64,000 nucleotides of DNA from Cenococcum geophilum (taxonomy: Eukaryota). How positions within the stretch are numbered: position 1 is the stretch's first letter; each line of letters begins with the position of its first letter. The DNA lies in contig CP158635.1 in the NCBI GenBank assembly GCA_050273025.1, positions 2,232,001-2,296,000 of the forward strand, written 5' to 3'. Of the stretch, positions 38,186 through 52,499 are shown in pieces. Below the pieces are notes generated by a model. That model ran no database searches and had not been told where the DNA came from. It was given only the letters and a program-made list of their open reading frames with translations. A program made the position numbers and the translations under genes.

Positions 38186-41100
38186 GTAATCCCTTTTTAT
38201 TAATACTGCCTAATATAATCCCTTTTAATACTCCTATATCTTTCCTATAGCGTTCTTTAGGTTCTTTAATAGCTCCTAGGTAGTCTTATTATAGCCTATC
38301 TATTTTACCTTATACTATATTTTATTATTAATATCCTTATAACTAATAATCTTTAAAACTTGCTATTTATCTTCTTCTTACCCTTTATACGTGTCTTGTT
38401 ACGGACGCTTTAAGTACAATATTATAACTACTTGGAGAAGAGACGGAAGAAGCTAGTTGGTTAATATAAGCACAGTCTAAGATAGAGCCGATAGAACTAT
38501 ATAACGAGGAATAGTAAGCAAGATTACGTAAGGGTAATCTATATAATCTGTAGAATCTATAGGATCCGTGACAGAGTAGATAGAGCATACGTATATTACG
38601 TATAAGAAGGATTTTATAGGAGTACGGGTGTGTATTTAAGGACCCTCAGTCCCTACCTAGATAGTTTCTTCCTTATAGTAATTCTTAGAATATAATTAGA
38701 GTTAATCTATTAGGTAACCACTCCACCAGTTATTATTACGTTATTAACTTTAATTTATATTACTTATACACCTAGCCTAATAATAAGCCCACCGTAGTTC
38801 CTACTATAAGGTTCCGTTATATAATTACTACCTAGTTACGGTATTAAGTATAGAAAGTCGAATAATATACCACTAAAAGCAGCCACTATAACGCCATTGA
38901 CGGCGGCAACTACTTTAAGGTTAGGTAATAACACTAATATAGTAGACACTAACTTATAGCAACCTGTAACAGTTAGACAGCTACAAGAGATAGTTAACTA
39001 GTTAATGGAAAATAATATAATGTTAGAAAACAGGATTAACGGGATAGGCGTAGTAAAGGTTAAGTTACTATTAATTAAAAGATACTTAGGAGAGAGATTA
39101 AAGCTTAAAGAATTCCTTATATAAATGCACTTTAAGGTAGCGTAAGAGGGAGCTAAGCTGGCAATACCTATAGATTAAATAGCATACGCAGGATTATTTC
39201 TAACAGGAAGAGCACTTAAGTAGTTTAAGCCTTACCTTACGGAAATCTAGGTAAACGGAATAACGACTATAAACTAAGAGGTATAGTTTATATTCTTAAG
39301 CTAGAATAGATTTATAGAATAACTTACACAAATATTTAGAGACCTAGAGGCAGTAACCACGGCGGAAAGAAAACTTTAAGACATTACGCAGTAAACCTTA
39401 GCAATTAAGTATATAATATAGTTCCAGACGTTAGCAATATAAGTAGAGTAGAATAATAGGGCGCTTATAGCATAATATAAATAGGGACTTAAGGCTAAAG
39501 TCTAAAACGTGATTATCCTAATAGAAGATGCGGACACCCTAAGGGAACTAATAGATTAAGTAATTAAGATTAACAATTGGATTTACTAAAGGAAATAGGC
39601 TAAGAGAGGTTAGGACAGAGTTCTATAGTTATATAAGGCGTAGAGTACGCAACAACTAAAGCTAAGTTAGAGACTATAGTATAGCGCAGAGCTAATAGAC
39701 CTAAGTAGTACCAAAAAAGCCTATAAGAGATAGAGTAAGAAACTATAGAAACCTAGAGGATAAGGATTAAGTGATTAAAGGTCTAAGGAGTAAAGGCTAA
39801 ACTAGGGATCTTAGTAGTAGAAGATATTTAGGCAGACTCTATAATAAAAGCAATAGTTTAGAGAAGGAGCTTATATAAATTACGGAAAATAGGGTCACTT
39901 CGCGAGGGATTACAAAGATAGTTAGAAGTACTATGTAATAAAGGGAACTAAACTAATAGCAGACGATATACATATATAAAAGGACAATAATATACTATAA
40001 GGAACGAAAGAATGTTTAATTAAAAGTTTTGCGTTTTGTTATAATAACGCATGCCAAATTCATAAGGACGCTAAGTACGGCGTAAGCTATTAGTTATAAG
40101 AGCTAGTACCTATAGGATATAGAGGAACTAATAAACCAGTTTACAGATCGGACATTAAGGACGATAAATTCAACGTAGGTAAAACATTTAGTGACGATAA
40201 GGTAATAAGGGCGGTTTACTAGGAACACGCAGCTATTAGAGATATTACACTAGAAGTAGAGGATAATTCTACTATAAAATAAGGAATATTAGTAGGGATT
40301 AAGACCCTACTAGATATGATATCTATCGCTTTATAAGACATAAGAGAAGTAGGATAGTAAACCACTTCGGCACTTAATAAAGGCAAAAAGCCAAAAGCTT
40401 AAGATTCTTAAGAAGAGATAAGAGATAACTAAGTTTCTTAAGATGAGATAAGGTAAGCTTAAGGACCTATAACGGACGAAAACCGATAAAGTAGAGTAGC
40501 AGCTTAGTTTAAAGATATATAAATAAGCTCAGGACGAAGTTTCCTATAGGTATAAGATTCTTAAGATAAGATAAGTAAGATTTAAAACTCTTAAGATAAG
40601 ATGAGAACACTAAGTAAGCCTAGTTAGACTAAGGCTGGAGCTAAGCTTAAGTTAGAAGCAAGCTCAGAATTAAAGAATCTAAGGGGTTAAGAATTTGGGG
40701 TATAAATTAGGACACCTATAGGTAAGAGGTAAGGAGCTTCTTTATAGATTAGAGAATCTATAATATAAATAGTAACTAGACTAGGAGATAGATATATGGA
40801 CCTAAAGGACTTATTAGTAGAATATAGTATTCGGACTAAAGATCGAAAAGTTAATACTAAAATTAAGAAGTAAGAAGACTTTAAGGATTAGAGCGCGAGA
40901 CATAAACTAAAAAAAACCATAGAAGAATTTAGGTAAAGAATTATCGCATAGTAAGAACAGAAACTAGATAGGAAATTTAGCATATTAGGACGTATGAAGG
41001 ATAGAGCACTAGTACAAAGAATTACTAATAGGCCTAAGGCAGGCATATTAAGAGCCAAGTAGCTTACCAAACTGGAAAGTAAAGAGGATTTAGAAATTCC

Positions 41101-44100
41101 TACTAGGTTTAAAGAACGATATATAAAGGGCTATTATAATATAGTAATAAGAAGATACTTCCTTACGGACAAGCCGTATATACTCCAGCAGCTATATTAA
41201 AAGTAGTATAGGTAGAGGCATAATAATAAGTGGGAAGATTTCTATATATAGTTAGACAAAAAAGTTATTTAAGACCACCCGATTACAGAGAAGGCTATAA
41301 ATTATATTAAAGGGCCTTAATTATAACGTTAAAGGATCTAGAGGAATAATTAGAGGACTAGAGAAGTGAGAGACGTATCTCAGTACCTATAAAGTTATAA
41401 TATTTAGATTAGCACAATAAAGGTTTAAACTTAGGGATAAAGACAAGCTAAGAGTTAACCTAAAGCACCTAATACACCACACGTTATTATGGATTGCGTG
41501 TATAGACGATATATATAAAATGCACAAGAATCTAAAAGAAAAGAATTGGAAATACCCTATAAGAATATATTAAATAATAGATAAGTAACAATATAGGAAT
41601 GCTAAATATATATACGGATAGCATCCAGCAGAAGTCCAGGAGGAAGGAGATTTAATACTTTAACTAAAAAGATTCCTTATAGAAGAATACTTAGATAGAT
41701 AATAGTAGTGGGAATGCCTAAAGAATATATATCTATAGTATATCGAAGATAAAAAGCGAACTAGGCATTGGCTAAAGAATAAGCCAAGTATACTAGGATT
41801 AAGTAGCTAATAGTTAGAAAAAGTAGAGGCCTACAGGACTAGAGGGAGCTAGTAGTAAAGCCTTAGACCCTTAAAGGAATTTAAGGACAACACCTAAATT
41901 TATAAGTAAAATGGCAAGATTAACAGTTTAAGGCATTAATAGATAGCGGAGTAATAAGGAACTATATCTTATTAGTAGTAGTTAAGAGAATAGGACTACC
42001 TTATAGATAGAAAGAGCAACCTTACTTATTAGTTACAATTTTAGGAGATCTAATAGCCTATAGAGGAGGGATTATTAATCTTAAAACAGGACCTATTTAG
42101 CTAACCATTAAAGGGAGACAAATTAAGATATCTTTTAATATCCTACCATTAGGACGGGATAAGGCAGTATTAAGAATGCCTTAGTTATAGAAATACAATC
42201 TAAAGATCAATTAGATTACAGGCCAGGTTAATATTAGAGATACTCAACGCCGTAAAATGCGATAACAAGCTAAAATGGTATAGTACTAAGTCGGAGCAAT
42301 ATATAAAGAGACTGAGCGAGGCTTAAGTTATATACTAAAAAGATACCATAAATATAGCAAAAAACTATGGTTACTAGAAAGTGAGAAGCTGTTAGAGTAT
42401 ATAGCTTAGGATTATAAAATAGAGTTAGAACTAGGAATAAGTCTAAGGTTCTTTTCAATCTACAAGCTTACTAAAGAAGAAGGTAGAGTATTAAAAGAGT
42501 TTATCTAAGAGAACTTATAAAAGGGATACATTAAACCATCGCAGTCATTAGCGGGATATCCAGTACTGTTTATACTAAAGAAAAATGGTAAACTAAGGCT
42601 ATATATCGACTACAGATAGTTAAACAGCATTACTAGGAAGGATAGATATCCTTTACCCTTAATTAGCAAAATCTAAGATAGGATAGGCAACGCGTAAATC
42701 TTTATAAAGATAGATCTAAGATAGGCGTACCATTAGATTAGGATTAAGGAAGATAATAAATAGAAGGCAGCCTTTAGATTAAAGGAAGGACTATATAAAC
42801 TACTAGTTATATAATTTGGGCTTATAAACGCACTAACAATATTCTAGAAGCGTATTAACAATATATTAGAAGAACACTTAGATGAATTTGTTATAGTATA
42901 TCTTAATAATATTATTATCTATTTAATAACTAAGGAAGAACACGGGGAATATATTAAATGGATTTTAAAGAGACTATAGGAAGAACAGATGCTAGTAGCA
43001 ATTAAGAAATGCAAGTTCTTTACTAGGAAGACCAATTTTATAAGATTTATTATTAAACTAGGCCAACTTAGTATAGATCTAAAGAAGATTAAGGCTATAG
43101 TGAATTAGTAAGAACTAGAGAACGTTACATAGTTAAGATTATTCCTAGGGTTTTGCAATTACTATAGAAGGTTTATAGCGCAGTAGTTAAAGAATATTAA
43201 GCCACTTATACAACTAATAAAGAAAGAAGAACTATAGGTATAGGGAAAGGAGTAGTAGGAGTTGTTTAAGAGAATTAAGGAGTTATTTACCCAGGAACTA
43301 ATTCTTAAGATCTATTAATTAGGACTAGAGACGGTTATAGAAATAGATACATTAGACTATATACTAGGGGCGTACTTTATATAACAGTATTAAGATAGAT
43401 GGCACCTAGTAGTATACTACAGTTAAAAGATAATACTACTAAAGTTAAACTATAACATCTACAACAAGGAGTTATTAGGTATAGTTATAGCATTAAAAAA
43501 ATAAAGGGCATTCTTATAAGGCATAAAGAAACTATTTATAGTTAAGATGGATTATAAAAACCTAACAGGATTCCTAATAACGAAGGAACTTAACTAAAGA
43601 TAGGTTAGATAGGTAGAGATACTTACAAAATACTATTTTAAGATTTAGTATACTAAGGGTATAAACAACACGCGGGCAGATGCTTTAAGCTATAAAGCTA
43701 AACTACAGAATAAAGAAAAGCTATTAGGGGCTTTACTGCGAAAAGATATAGACGGATTAATTAGGTATAATTATCCAAAAATTATAGCAACTTAAGAAGG
43801 CAATAAACCAAAGAAAGTCTACGAGATACTAAAGAGCTTTTAGGTATAAAGAATTCTAAAAGCACAACTAGAAGATCTATAGATAGATATATACAAAAAT
43901 TAAGAAGTAACGTACATCCCAAGAAGTATAGCAGAGCAATTCGTGGAGGAATTCTATAAGGGATTAACTTAAGGACATAATAAAGCCACGGGCTTAGTAT
44001 CAAGACTCTAAGAGAAGTACATTATTGACGGAATCTAAAGGATAGCTAAGAGGGTTATAAAAGAGTGTTTAGATTACTAAAGGAATAAACTAATAAGGCA

Positions 44101-45076
44101 TAAGCTATATGGAGGGCTACAACCTATTAAGACACCAGAAAAACCATAGGAGATTATATTATAGAACTTTATTATTAAGTTACTAAAGTTAAGAGATCCT
44201 ATTACCGGACGAGATTATGACGCGATTTTAGTGATAGTAGACAAGCTTATAAAGTGGGGATACTTTATAGCATATATAGAAGAAATCTTAGCGGAAGATA
44301 TCGCTAGAATTTATATTAAAGAAGTATTTATAAAATATAGAGTACTAAGTAAAATTATATCAGATAGAGATCTAAGATTCGTAATAGTATTCTAGGAAGT
44401 ATTCTTAGCAGAGTAAGGAGTTAAAGCAGCAACTTCTACTATATATTATTTACAGACAGACGGCTAAATAGAAAGATTAAATTAGACACTAGAACAGTAT
44501 CTAAGGCATTATATTAATTATACACAGAACAATTAGGTATTGCTATTACTAGTTATATAGTTTATATACAATACAACACCTTAAAAAGGAATAGGCATAT
44601 TACCATTTAAGGCAAATTATGGGTATAAGCTAAGAACATTATTATCACTATAGTAAGTAAAAAAAACGAGTAGTATAGCTAAAGAAAGAATAAAGACGTT
44701 AATAAATCTTTATATAGACCTTATAGAATTAGTAAAGAAAGTATAAGAAAGAATAAAAAGGTACTATAATGCTAAGAGATCTAAGGGACTAGATCTTAAG
44801 GAGGGAGATAGAGTATGGCTACTACACAAAAATTTTAAAAGTTAACGACTAAGCAAGAAGTTAGACTACGTCAGACTAGGACCTTTTAAAATTACGTAAA
44901 GGATTTCACCAGTTACGTTTAAGTTAAACCTACTAGCTAAAATAAAGATCTACCCTATATAGTATATTATAATGCTAGAACTAGTATATAGGAATATTAA
45001 GCTACCGGTTTATAAAGTAGACACGTCTAGAGGATAGAAAGAAGATAAATGGCAAGTTTTAAGGATTGTTAACTAT

Positions 45077-48000
45077 TGTTAGTCACACAGGGTGACTCAC
45101 CAATAACGACTACTCGAGTAGGGTTACAGTGATGTTAGTTGATAAAGCTTTTTTGATTGGAATGAGGAAGGGCGAGGAGCCTAAGGCTCCTCGCCACGCT
45201 AGTGCCGCGGCGACACGTGATGGCAACTTGCCATCACGTGACGGCAAATTGCCTCATTCCCGACACTGGCAACTCTTCTTTTATAGTTGCCCTCTATATA
45301 TAAATACTACTTGACTATTATAACAAATATGGATCCTCCTTACTTACTATTGCCATTATAATATAAGTCTCGCTATCCCAAAATTTGCCTCTTAGCACGT
45401 AGTGCTTTCTTGCTAAGGAGTTGTGGGTAGATATTATATTAGGGCCGTCAGGTCCGCTAAGGCGCTAGCTATAAGCGAGCTAATAGCGATTTTCTATGCC
45501 GGGTATAGAAAATCCTAATTAGCTGGTTAAAATTAGGGTCTATAGAGCGTTATACTCTTACTCCCTTTTAACCCAACCTTTAACTTATACGCGTAAAGTA
45601 TTTATGTTAATAAACGTTTCTAGAGCCTTATTTAGGTTTGCCTTCGTTATTATATTTACTAGGTTATCTTAACCATTAATCTATTAAATCTTAAAAAGTT
45701 CTTGCCGTTTATAGAATTAATAAAGTGCCATAATATCGATTATAAGGCGCTTCTCCTTTATAGTACTAAGCTTAACTAAGCACTTATAGAGGGAGTATAA
45801 GTTAGTACACACGATTATAGGGATAACAGGAAGTTCGAGTTAATCTATAATTATCTTTAGGGTAGTTCTAATTGCAATTGCCATATTAACTCCGCCAACT
45901 ATTCCATATATCTCTAACGCTAGAACGCTTTAAGTAACGCACTTACTCTTAGTTAAGCTCTAATAGATAAAATTACCGTAGATCATAAAGTCATTCTCTC
46001 TGGTAGATTCGTTTGTAATAATAATCTTATATCCTAGCTGGGAGCTAAAATCTTTATTATTTGTAAATAATCTATTAATAAATACAAAGAGCTTAGCGGT
46101 AGGAAGATTAATAGGCACGTAGAGTAGTCCCCGGTTGAGATAGTTTATTTACTAAAAGAGACGCTTATTTAGGGCAAGGACGTTATTCTTAGTTAGTTCC
46201 TAGTATTAAGCGGCAATAGAGAGATTGAATAAAGCCTTAGGTTAACAGATAAAAGCAATATAAGCTCTATAAGCGCGTTACTCTACGTATCCTTATTTTG
46301 GAGAATTAACGTTAATAACATTAATCTTCTTACCTTAACCCTTCTGGTACAAAGCAATGGAATCCTCATTTAGGGAGAGGACATATCTATTAAAGAGTAA
46401 TAGTGTTATCAAATTAAGCTTTTCCTTTAGCTTTACTATAAGATTTGCCTTTACTAGCTTATCTTCTTTAAGAGCTAAGAATTAGTCATCTCCTAAGATA
46501 ATTATATTATCGGTTTATATACCGACGATTCCAAATAAAGTTCCTATAGTTATAATAAGGAAGCATAGATTGAATATAAAAGTAGTTATTAAAAGCTTCT
46601 CTTTATGGTGCTTGCTATAGGTAGCCTACTAGTAAGTTCCTGCCTCTACGATTCTATATAATGGCTTAAGCACAACTATAATTGTATCTTCGGAGTATTA
46701 GTAGCGAATTTACTCTAGAAGGTATGCTAATATTAAGCGCTAAAGGTACATCTCTAATTAGGTGTAGGCCTAAGTAATATCTTACAGATAGACTGCCATT
46801 CTATTCTTTATTAGGGAGGGAGCTAGTACAACAATAACTCGCTAACTGGCTCGTTGAATCGTGGGAGATTGTGTAAAAATTACCTCCTTACTATCGTCGT
46901 TGTAGCCTTAGATAACAAGCCTTAATTTCTTAAATAGGGCGTTAGTAGCTTTGCCTTTAATCTCGTTAACTATTCTTAACTTAAAGATGCGAACTTTATT
47001 AAACTTAGTAGGGTTATACTTCTTAAATTTAAAGACCCCTCTTGTAATAAGACCATCAATCTTCTACTTGTTAGATACTTAAAAAGGAGCTCCTAAAGTT
47101 ATAATACGACCTTCCTTTTAGAGCTATTTTGCAAGTTTAAAGTTAGCCTTCTCCTTAGCTGTTATAAAGGCCATTAATAGCTTAACTCTATTCTCGATAG
47201 TGGCAACAAATTACTCTTTAAAATTAATAAGATGTTGGCGATTTCGTGATCCCTTCGGGCGACCTCTACCGCGTTATAGTTGCGGCATATCTACTACAAT
47301 TGTATTAAGATCGTGGTCGCCTTCTAGAGCACGTTAATTATAGCTCTCCTTTAGGGCATCTTCTATAGTATCCTGCAAAGGCTTAGAACTGTTATCTTTA
47401 TAATAAGGCTTAATAATAGTTAAACGGAATTAAGTGGGTCCGTAAGGCATCTAAATAGTATAAGTTTAACTATTAATTGCAATAAGTTAATGTAGGCCTA
47501 ACCATCCTCCCTTTTTACGCCATACGCGTACCTTAGACTAAAGTGGCAGATCGAGCGTAGTTAAGGTATTTGGGCCATTTCTTATTCCTAATACATTATT
47601 GACCTAGCGTGTGGCGTAGAGACGTTATACCTCCTTCATTACCTTATGAATAGCCTCAGCTCGTTACACAACGGAGGGAAATGGTGGAGAATTATTAGTT
47701 ATTTAAGGGTAGGCGCTAAAGACTAGTAACGTAGGTACGAGTCCATCTAGGCCAGCGGAATTGTTAATAGCTTTAATAGCCATTTATAAGGTAAGTTCTT
47801 CGCTAGCGTCCTCTAGTTCTAAAGAGATAATCTTATATACGCGGCGTAATAGCGCGTGATATTATTTTACTTTTCTGATATTATTATATGCCTTAATAGG
47901 GACTTCCTTAACCTCGATTGCTATTGCCTTTATCTATTATTAAAACTCTACGGATAAGAAGTTCTTTCTTATATTATGGACGATTTAATTAGGGGGTTTT

Positions 48001-51000
48001 AGGTAAACATCGATCTAGTATAATTAAAGGGTATCCTATGCGTTCCTAGCTAATATATCCTTTAAGAATCGTGCGGCTTAAAAGGAGGTTGAGAAGTTAA
48101 CAACTTAGAGTACTAGCTTGCCGCTAAGATATATAACGTTAACAATAATATAGAAGTTAAAGTTGTAGTTATCTTTAAGGGTGAACTTAAATCGGCTAGG
48201 GGACTTCTAGTTTATTTGGCATTAATAGTAGTACTTTATAAGATACTTAATTGCCTTAACCTTGACTTTATGGCCTACCCGCTAAAGAACCCTAAGTAAT
48301 TGGTAAACGGATAGGTGGCTAAAACGACGGTGTAGTTAACGTAACTCTAACTTAGTTAAATGGCTCTAAGCAACACTCTTTTCTAGTTAATAAAGAAGTA
48401 ACCAGGGGTAACCCCACTTGCGTACAACGGGCACCTAATTATCTCCCTAAATAAGTACATTCTTAAGGTTATTAAGCTTAACGCCTAATTTATCTATATC
48501 TCTAATATAAAATAGAAACGGGGTGTTTGTAGGAACGACGTAAAAGGTAATATACCCTAAGGGGGTTTGGACCCTAATTATGCTAATAGAGATTATAGTA
48601 CCCTTACCAAAACAAATCGTGTATTAGCCTGCCGTTAAATAGTTAATCTAAATAGAGCTATTAAGCTGCTGAAGGGCTTAAACTTAAGGTTCTCCTACTA
48701 TAGATACTCCTGCGGCTCTAGTATCTAGTATAATACTATAAAAGACGTTCGCCGAGTATCTGTTATTAAAGGAGAACGCGGAACTCTCCCTTAGCTTGTT
48801 AAAGATATCTAACTTTATAGTAAAATGGAGCGTAGATTAGTTATTAAAAATAGTAATGGTTTATATGCCATCTACCTCACCATACTTAGTAAAGTATTGG
48901 TTGGGTAAGTACTCCTCAATTTCTATATCTATAAGGAGCTATTTAGCCTTATTAACCTTACCCTTAAGATCTTCTACGCCTTTATATTAAACCAGGAAGC
49001 TTTAGAAGTAGGCTATAGTAATCTTACAATTTCTAACGTTTCTTATACTTTGGCGGAACTTATTATATGCCTCCTTTTATTTATTAAGAGAATGCCTAGT
49101 TAACTAGCAATTCGGTTTCTTACAAACGTAGCACTTCTTCTAGCGATTACTTTGAAATAAACCTCTACGAGGACCTCCACCTTTACCTCGTGGTTATTAA
49201 TTATACCCTCTGCCGTATTACCTACCCCAGCCACTATATATTCGATTAGTCCAGTTGTAATTATATTGGTTAAGCGGGTTAATTAAAGTAGGTTAAAGTT
49301 GGGTATTAAATTACTATACTTTTTAAGAGCGTAGAGCGGTGCTAATAGAAGATCTTAATTAAGTATATACTCCTTTATAAGTATTTACAGGATTAAAAAG
49401 AGCAAGGTTATATTCTTTAACACCTTAACATGCGCTAATGACTTAATTACGTAGGCTAAAGTCCTCTTAATATAATTCGGATAAACTACGCTAAATCGTC
49501 TGAAGTTGATTAAAGAGCTTTTAAAGATAATTAAGCCGAGGGATACCTGGGTTTATAGCAATGATCCTTAGGAAGGTAGTCTCTCTCCATTCTAATATAT
49601 ACTGCTACTTATTCTCTTCTATTTTAAAGTAGCATCTTAACTTATATATTATGCGGTTAAAATTATATCCTTTTCCTGCTAAACGATTATAATAGAAGGT
49701 ACTAGCTCGGCCCTTAAGCATAACAGAATAGGCGTTATGGTATTAATTAGACTCTATTTCTACCTTCTAGCAACAGTTGTAGAAGATACGTAGTTTCGAA
49801 TTAAGAATATTGTATAATTCCCCGCTAAACTTCTTCTCCTAATCCAAATAGAGCTTCGTAAGCTCTGTAAGCAATTTTAAACTACCTCCAATTTAAGATT
49901 AAGATAGAGGAGGTAGGAGTTGCATTATAGGCTGCAGTAGGAATGTAGGTCTGGTCAGTAGAGTTTAAAGGTTAGTAGATCGCGAAGCAAGGGAATCTTA
50001 TACTTGCTCGTGTTAAGAGGCAGTAGTTAAAGTTGCGGGTTAAATTAGTGGATTCTGGGGAACTAAAGATAGAGGTAGAGGCAATGGATATAGAACGGAA
50101 GAACTCGTGCCTAGAGCAATGGAATTAGAATGCGTCTCTTATAGTGTATTACTTGGATTCTATTGTAAGTTAAGCTTCCTTATAGTGCGTAGTTGGTGCT
50201 TAATCTCTTATGCAGTCCATTCGTGCTCTTCTTTTACGTTAAGAACCTACTCCTAAATGTTATCTCTAATAGTACCCCCGTCCTTAGGGACAAATACTCT
50301 ATTCTCCTAAAGGAAGTTACGGAAGTCCTATACGATATCCTTATTTACGGGGGCCTATATTTCCTTTGTCTATCTAATAAAGTCCTCCTTTATACATTCC
50401 TATAGCGCGATATTATTGTATTTACTGTCCTTATAATATACTATACGGTGTAATAAAAATCCATTTAAGTCTTGTTTATTAGCGTTTATAAGGTTAATTA
50501 TAGCTTTATTCTATATCTTTGGGTTAATGTCTTCCTTATACTTCTTTGGGTAGGTTAATGCCATAGTAGGTATAGAATTAACGGGGTGTTATACGTCAAA
50601 GGTAGGTAGGATTTTCGGTTTTATAGGATCTTGTAGGTTTACTATCAAGAGGTAGATAATTTAAGATATTGTTTAACGCGTTTTAGACGTTAACTTGGGA
50701 CCTTAGGTTTAGTAACACTTCTAACCTAAAGTACTTAACCAAATCTTCGTAAACGCGGTTATTCTATATAATGGACGCAACTTAGTATCTCCTAGTACTT
50801 AGTAATACTTCTATTACTAGTTTTCCGCAAGTCTAAGGTAGTACAGTATTGCCGGGATCTATTCCATATAAGCGCATATAGCACCCCTATATAAGACTAT
50901 CTCTTCTATTTAAAAACCTAGCTGCTCTATAGTTGACTGTATATTCAACTACTGATTAGTGTTAGTTATATAGGGTGACTTACCAATAACGACTACTTGA

Positions 51001-51168
51001 GTAGGGTTATAGTGATGTTAGTTGATAAAGCTTTTTTAATTGGAATGAGGAAGGGCGAGGAGCCTAAGGCTCCTCGCCACGCTAGTGCCGCGGCGACACG
51101 TGATAGCAACTTGCCATCACGTGACGGCAGTTTGCCGTACGTGATAGCAAATTGCCTCATTCCCGACA
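45077..51168 (-). mobile_element. Ty1/Copia element Copia-2 (GalEa-like), inverted, nested in the B3 chromodomain
   Basis: LTRs at 45077-45265 and 50960-51168; TSD ACTAT at 45072-45076 and 51169-51173. Minus-strand KPLYGIVEAGTY, VGI*TDN and FTNNKDFSSQLGY. CTAATCAGT follows the 5' LTR. Confidence 0.95.
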
Positions 51169-51329
51169 ACTATAAGGACGTTGACGATAAAATATAGTAT
51201 AAGGTTAAGTGGATAGGCTATACTAAGACTACCTAGGAGCTACTAGAGAATTTAAAAAATGCTATAAGAAAGGTATAGGAGTATCGGAAGAAATTAGGTT
51301 AGGCAGCATTAATAAAGAAGGATTACTAA

Positions 51330-51904
51330 AGAATAAGTTACCTAAGGGGGACCTAGAAAGAGTAGCTACCGAACTACTTAGATCTATTTCCTTCTCTATT
51401 AGAAGAGAATCCGTTCTTTTATTACTAAGTTCCTATAAACCTTATTCTATAAGTTTCTACTCCTTAGAACGAGCCTTCTTATAAACCTTCTTAAGATGGA
51501 TTAACCAAGTAGATGCCGTAAGATAAGACTTAAGGGCCTATTGCTAAGTATTAGCAGCCTCCCATTCTGCGTCCTAGGAACAGTATAACTCTGCTAGAGC
51601 AACAGATTAAATATAAAACCCTAAGACAAATTAATTAGGGAACTAGATAACTATTAAGAGCAATAGGTTATATATATTTAGCATTAGAGACGGAGCGAAC
51701 GTTATAGGATAAACGAATATTTGCTTTAGTGTACTTTAAGTAAGAGGACGGTTATCACGAAAATAGGTTTACTAACGCAATATAAACCAACCCCCCTTTT
51801 AAACAGTAAGAATATAGAGATGGTATAATCTCACTAAGAGATAATATTGTAGCAACAGTGCGAATGCGACGAGCAGTTAAGGAAGAAGAGGATGCTTTAG
51901 GCAT
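51330..51904 (-). pseudogene. Antisense Zn2Cys6-like/coiled-coil accessory gene of Gypsy-B (copy in B3)
   Basis: Retains the ATG (51904-51902): MPKASSSSLTARRIRTVATILSLSEI. Has a ~40-nt deletion in exon 2 near 51605. Confidence 0.65.
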
Positions 51905-52499
51905 AATAAGTAATAATATTAACTAAATTAATTAGACGGACATTATACCTCTAGTAAACGACCTAGAGATATTTTAAATCTTTAAGGACGAAGATAAAAA
52001 GGAGAGAGATGGTGTTACGGACGCTTTAAGTACAATATTATAACTACTTAGAGAAGAGACGGAAGAAGCTAGTTGGTTAATATAAGCACGGTCTAGGATA
52101 GAGCCGATAGAACTATATAACGAGGAATAGTAACTAAGATTACGTAAGGGTGATCTATATAATCTATAGGATCTATAAAATCTATAACAGAGCAGATAGA
52201 GTATACGTATATTATATACAAGAAGGATTTTATAGGAGTACGGGTGTGTATTTAAGGACTCTTAGTCCCTACCTAGATAGTTCCTTCCTTATAATAATTC
52301 TCAGAATACAATTAGAGTTAATCTGTTAGGCAACCACTCCACTAGTTATTATTACATTGTTAACTTTAACTTATATCACCTACACACCTAGCCTAATAAC
52401 GAGCCCACCGTAGTTCCTGCTATAAGGTTCCATTATATGTCTACTTTGTAAACTAGTAGCTTAATATTTTTATGTGCTGGCTTTAGCATTATAATATAC

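Larger units (their letters stand above)
38397..52437 (+). mobile_element. Gypsy-B copy B3, full length, nested in B2 and containing Copia-2
   Basis: LTRs at 38397-38821 and 52013-52437; TSD TGTCT at 38392-38396 and 52438-52442. Internal region is collinear with B1. Confidence 0.95.

Noticed and set aside
45129..45314. Duplicated small ORF MLVDKAFLIG (also 50997-51197)
   Set aside because: The duplication is simply the two Copia-2 LTRs.
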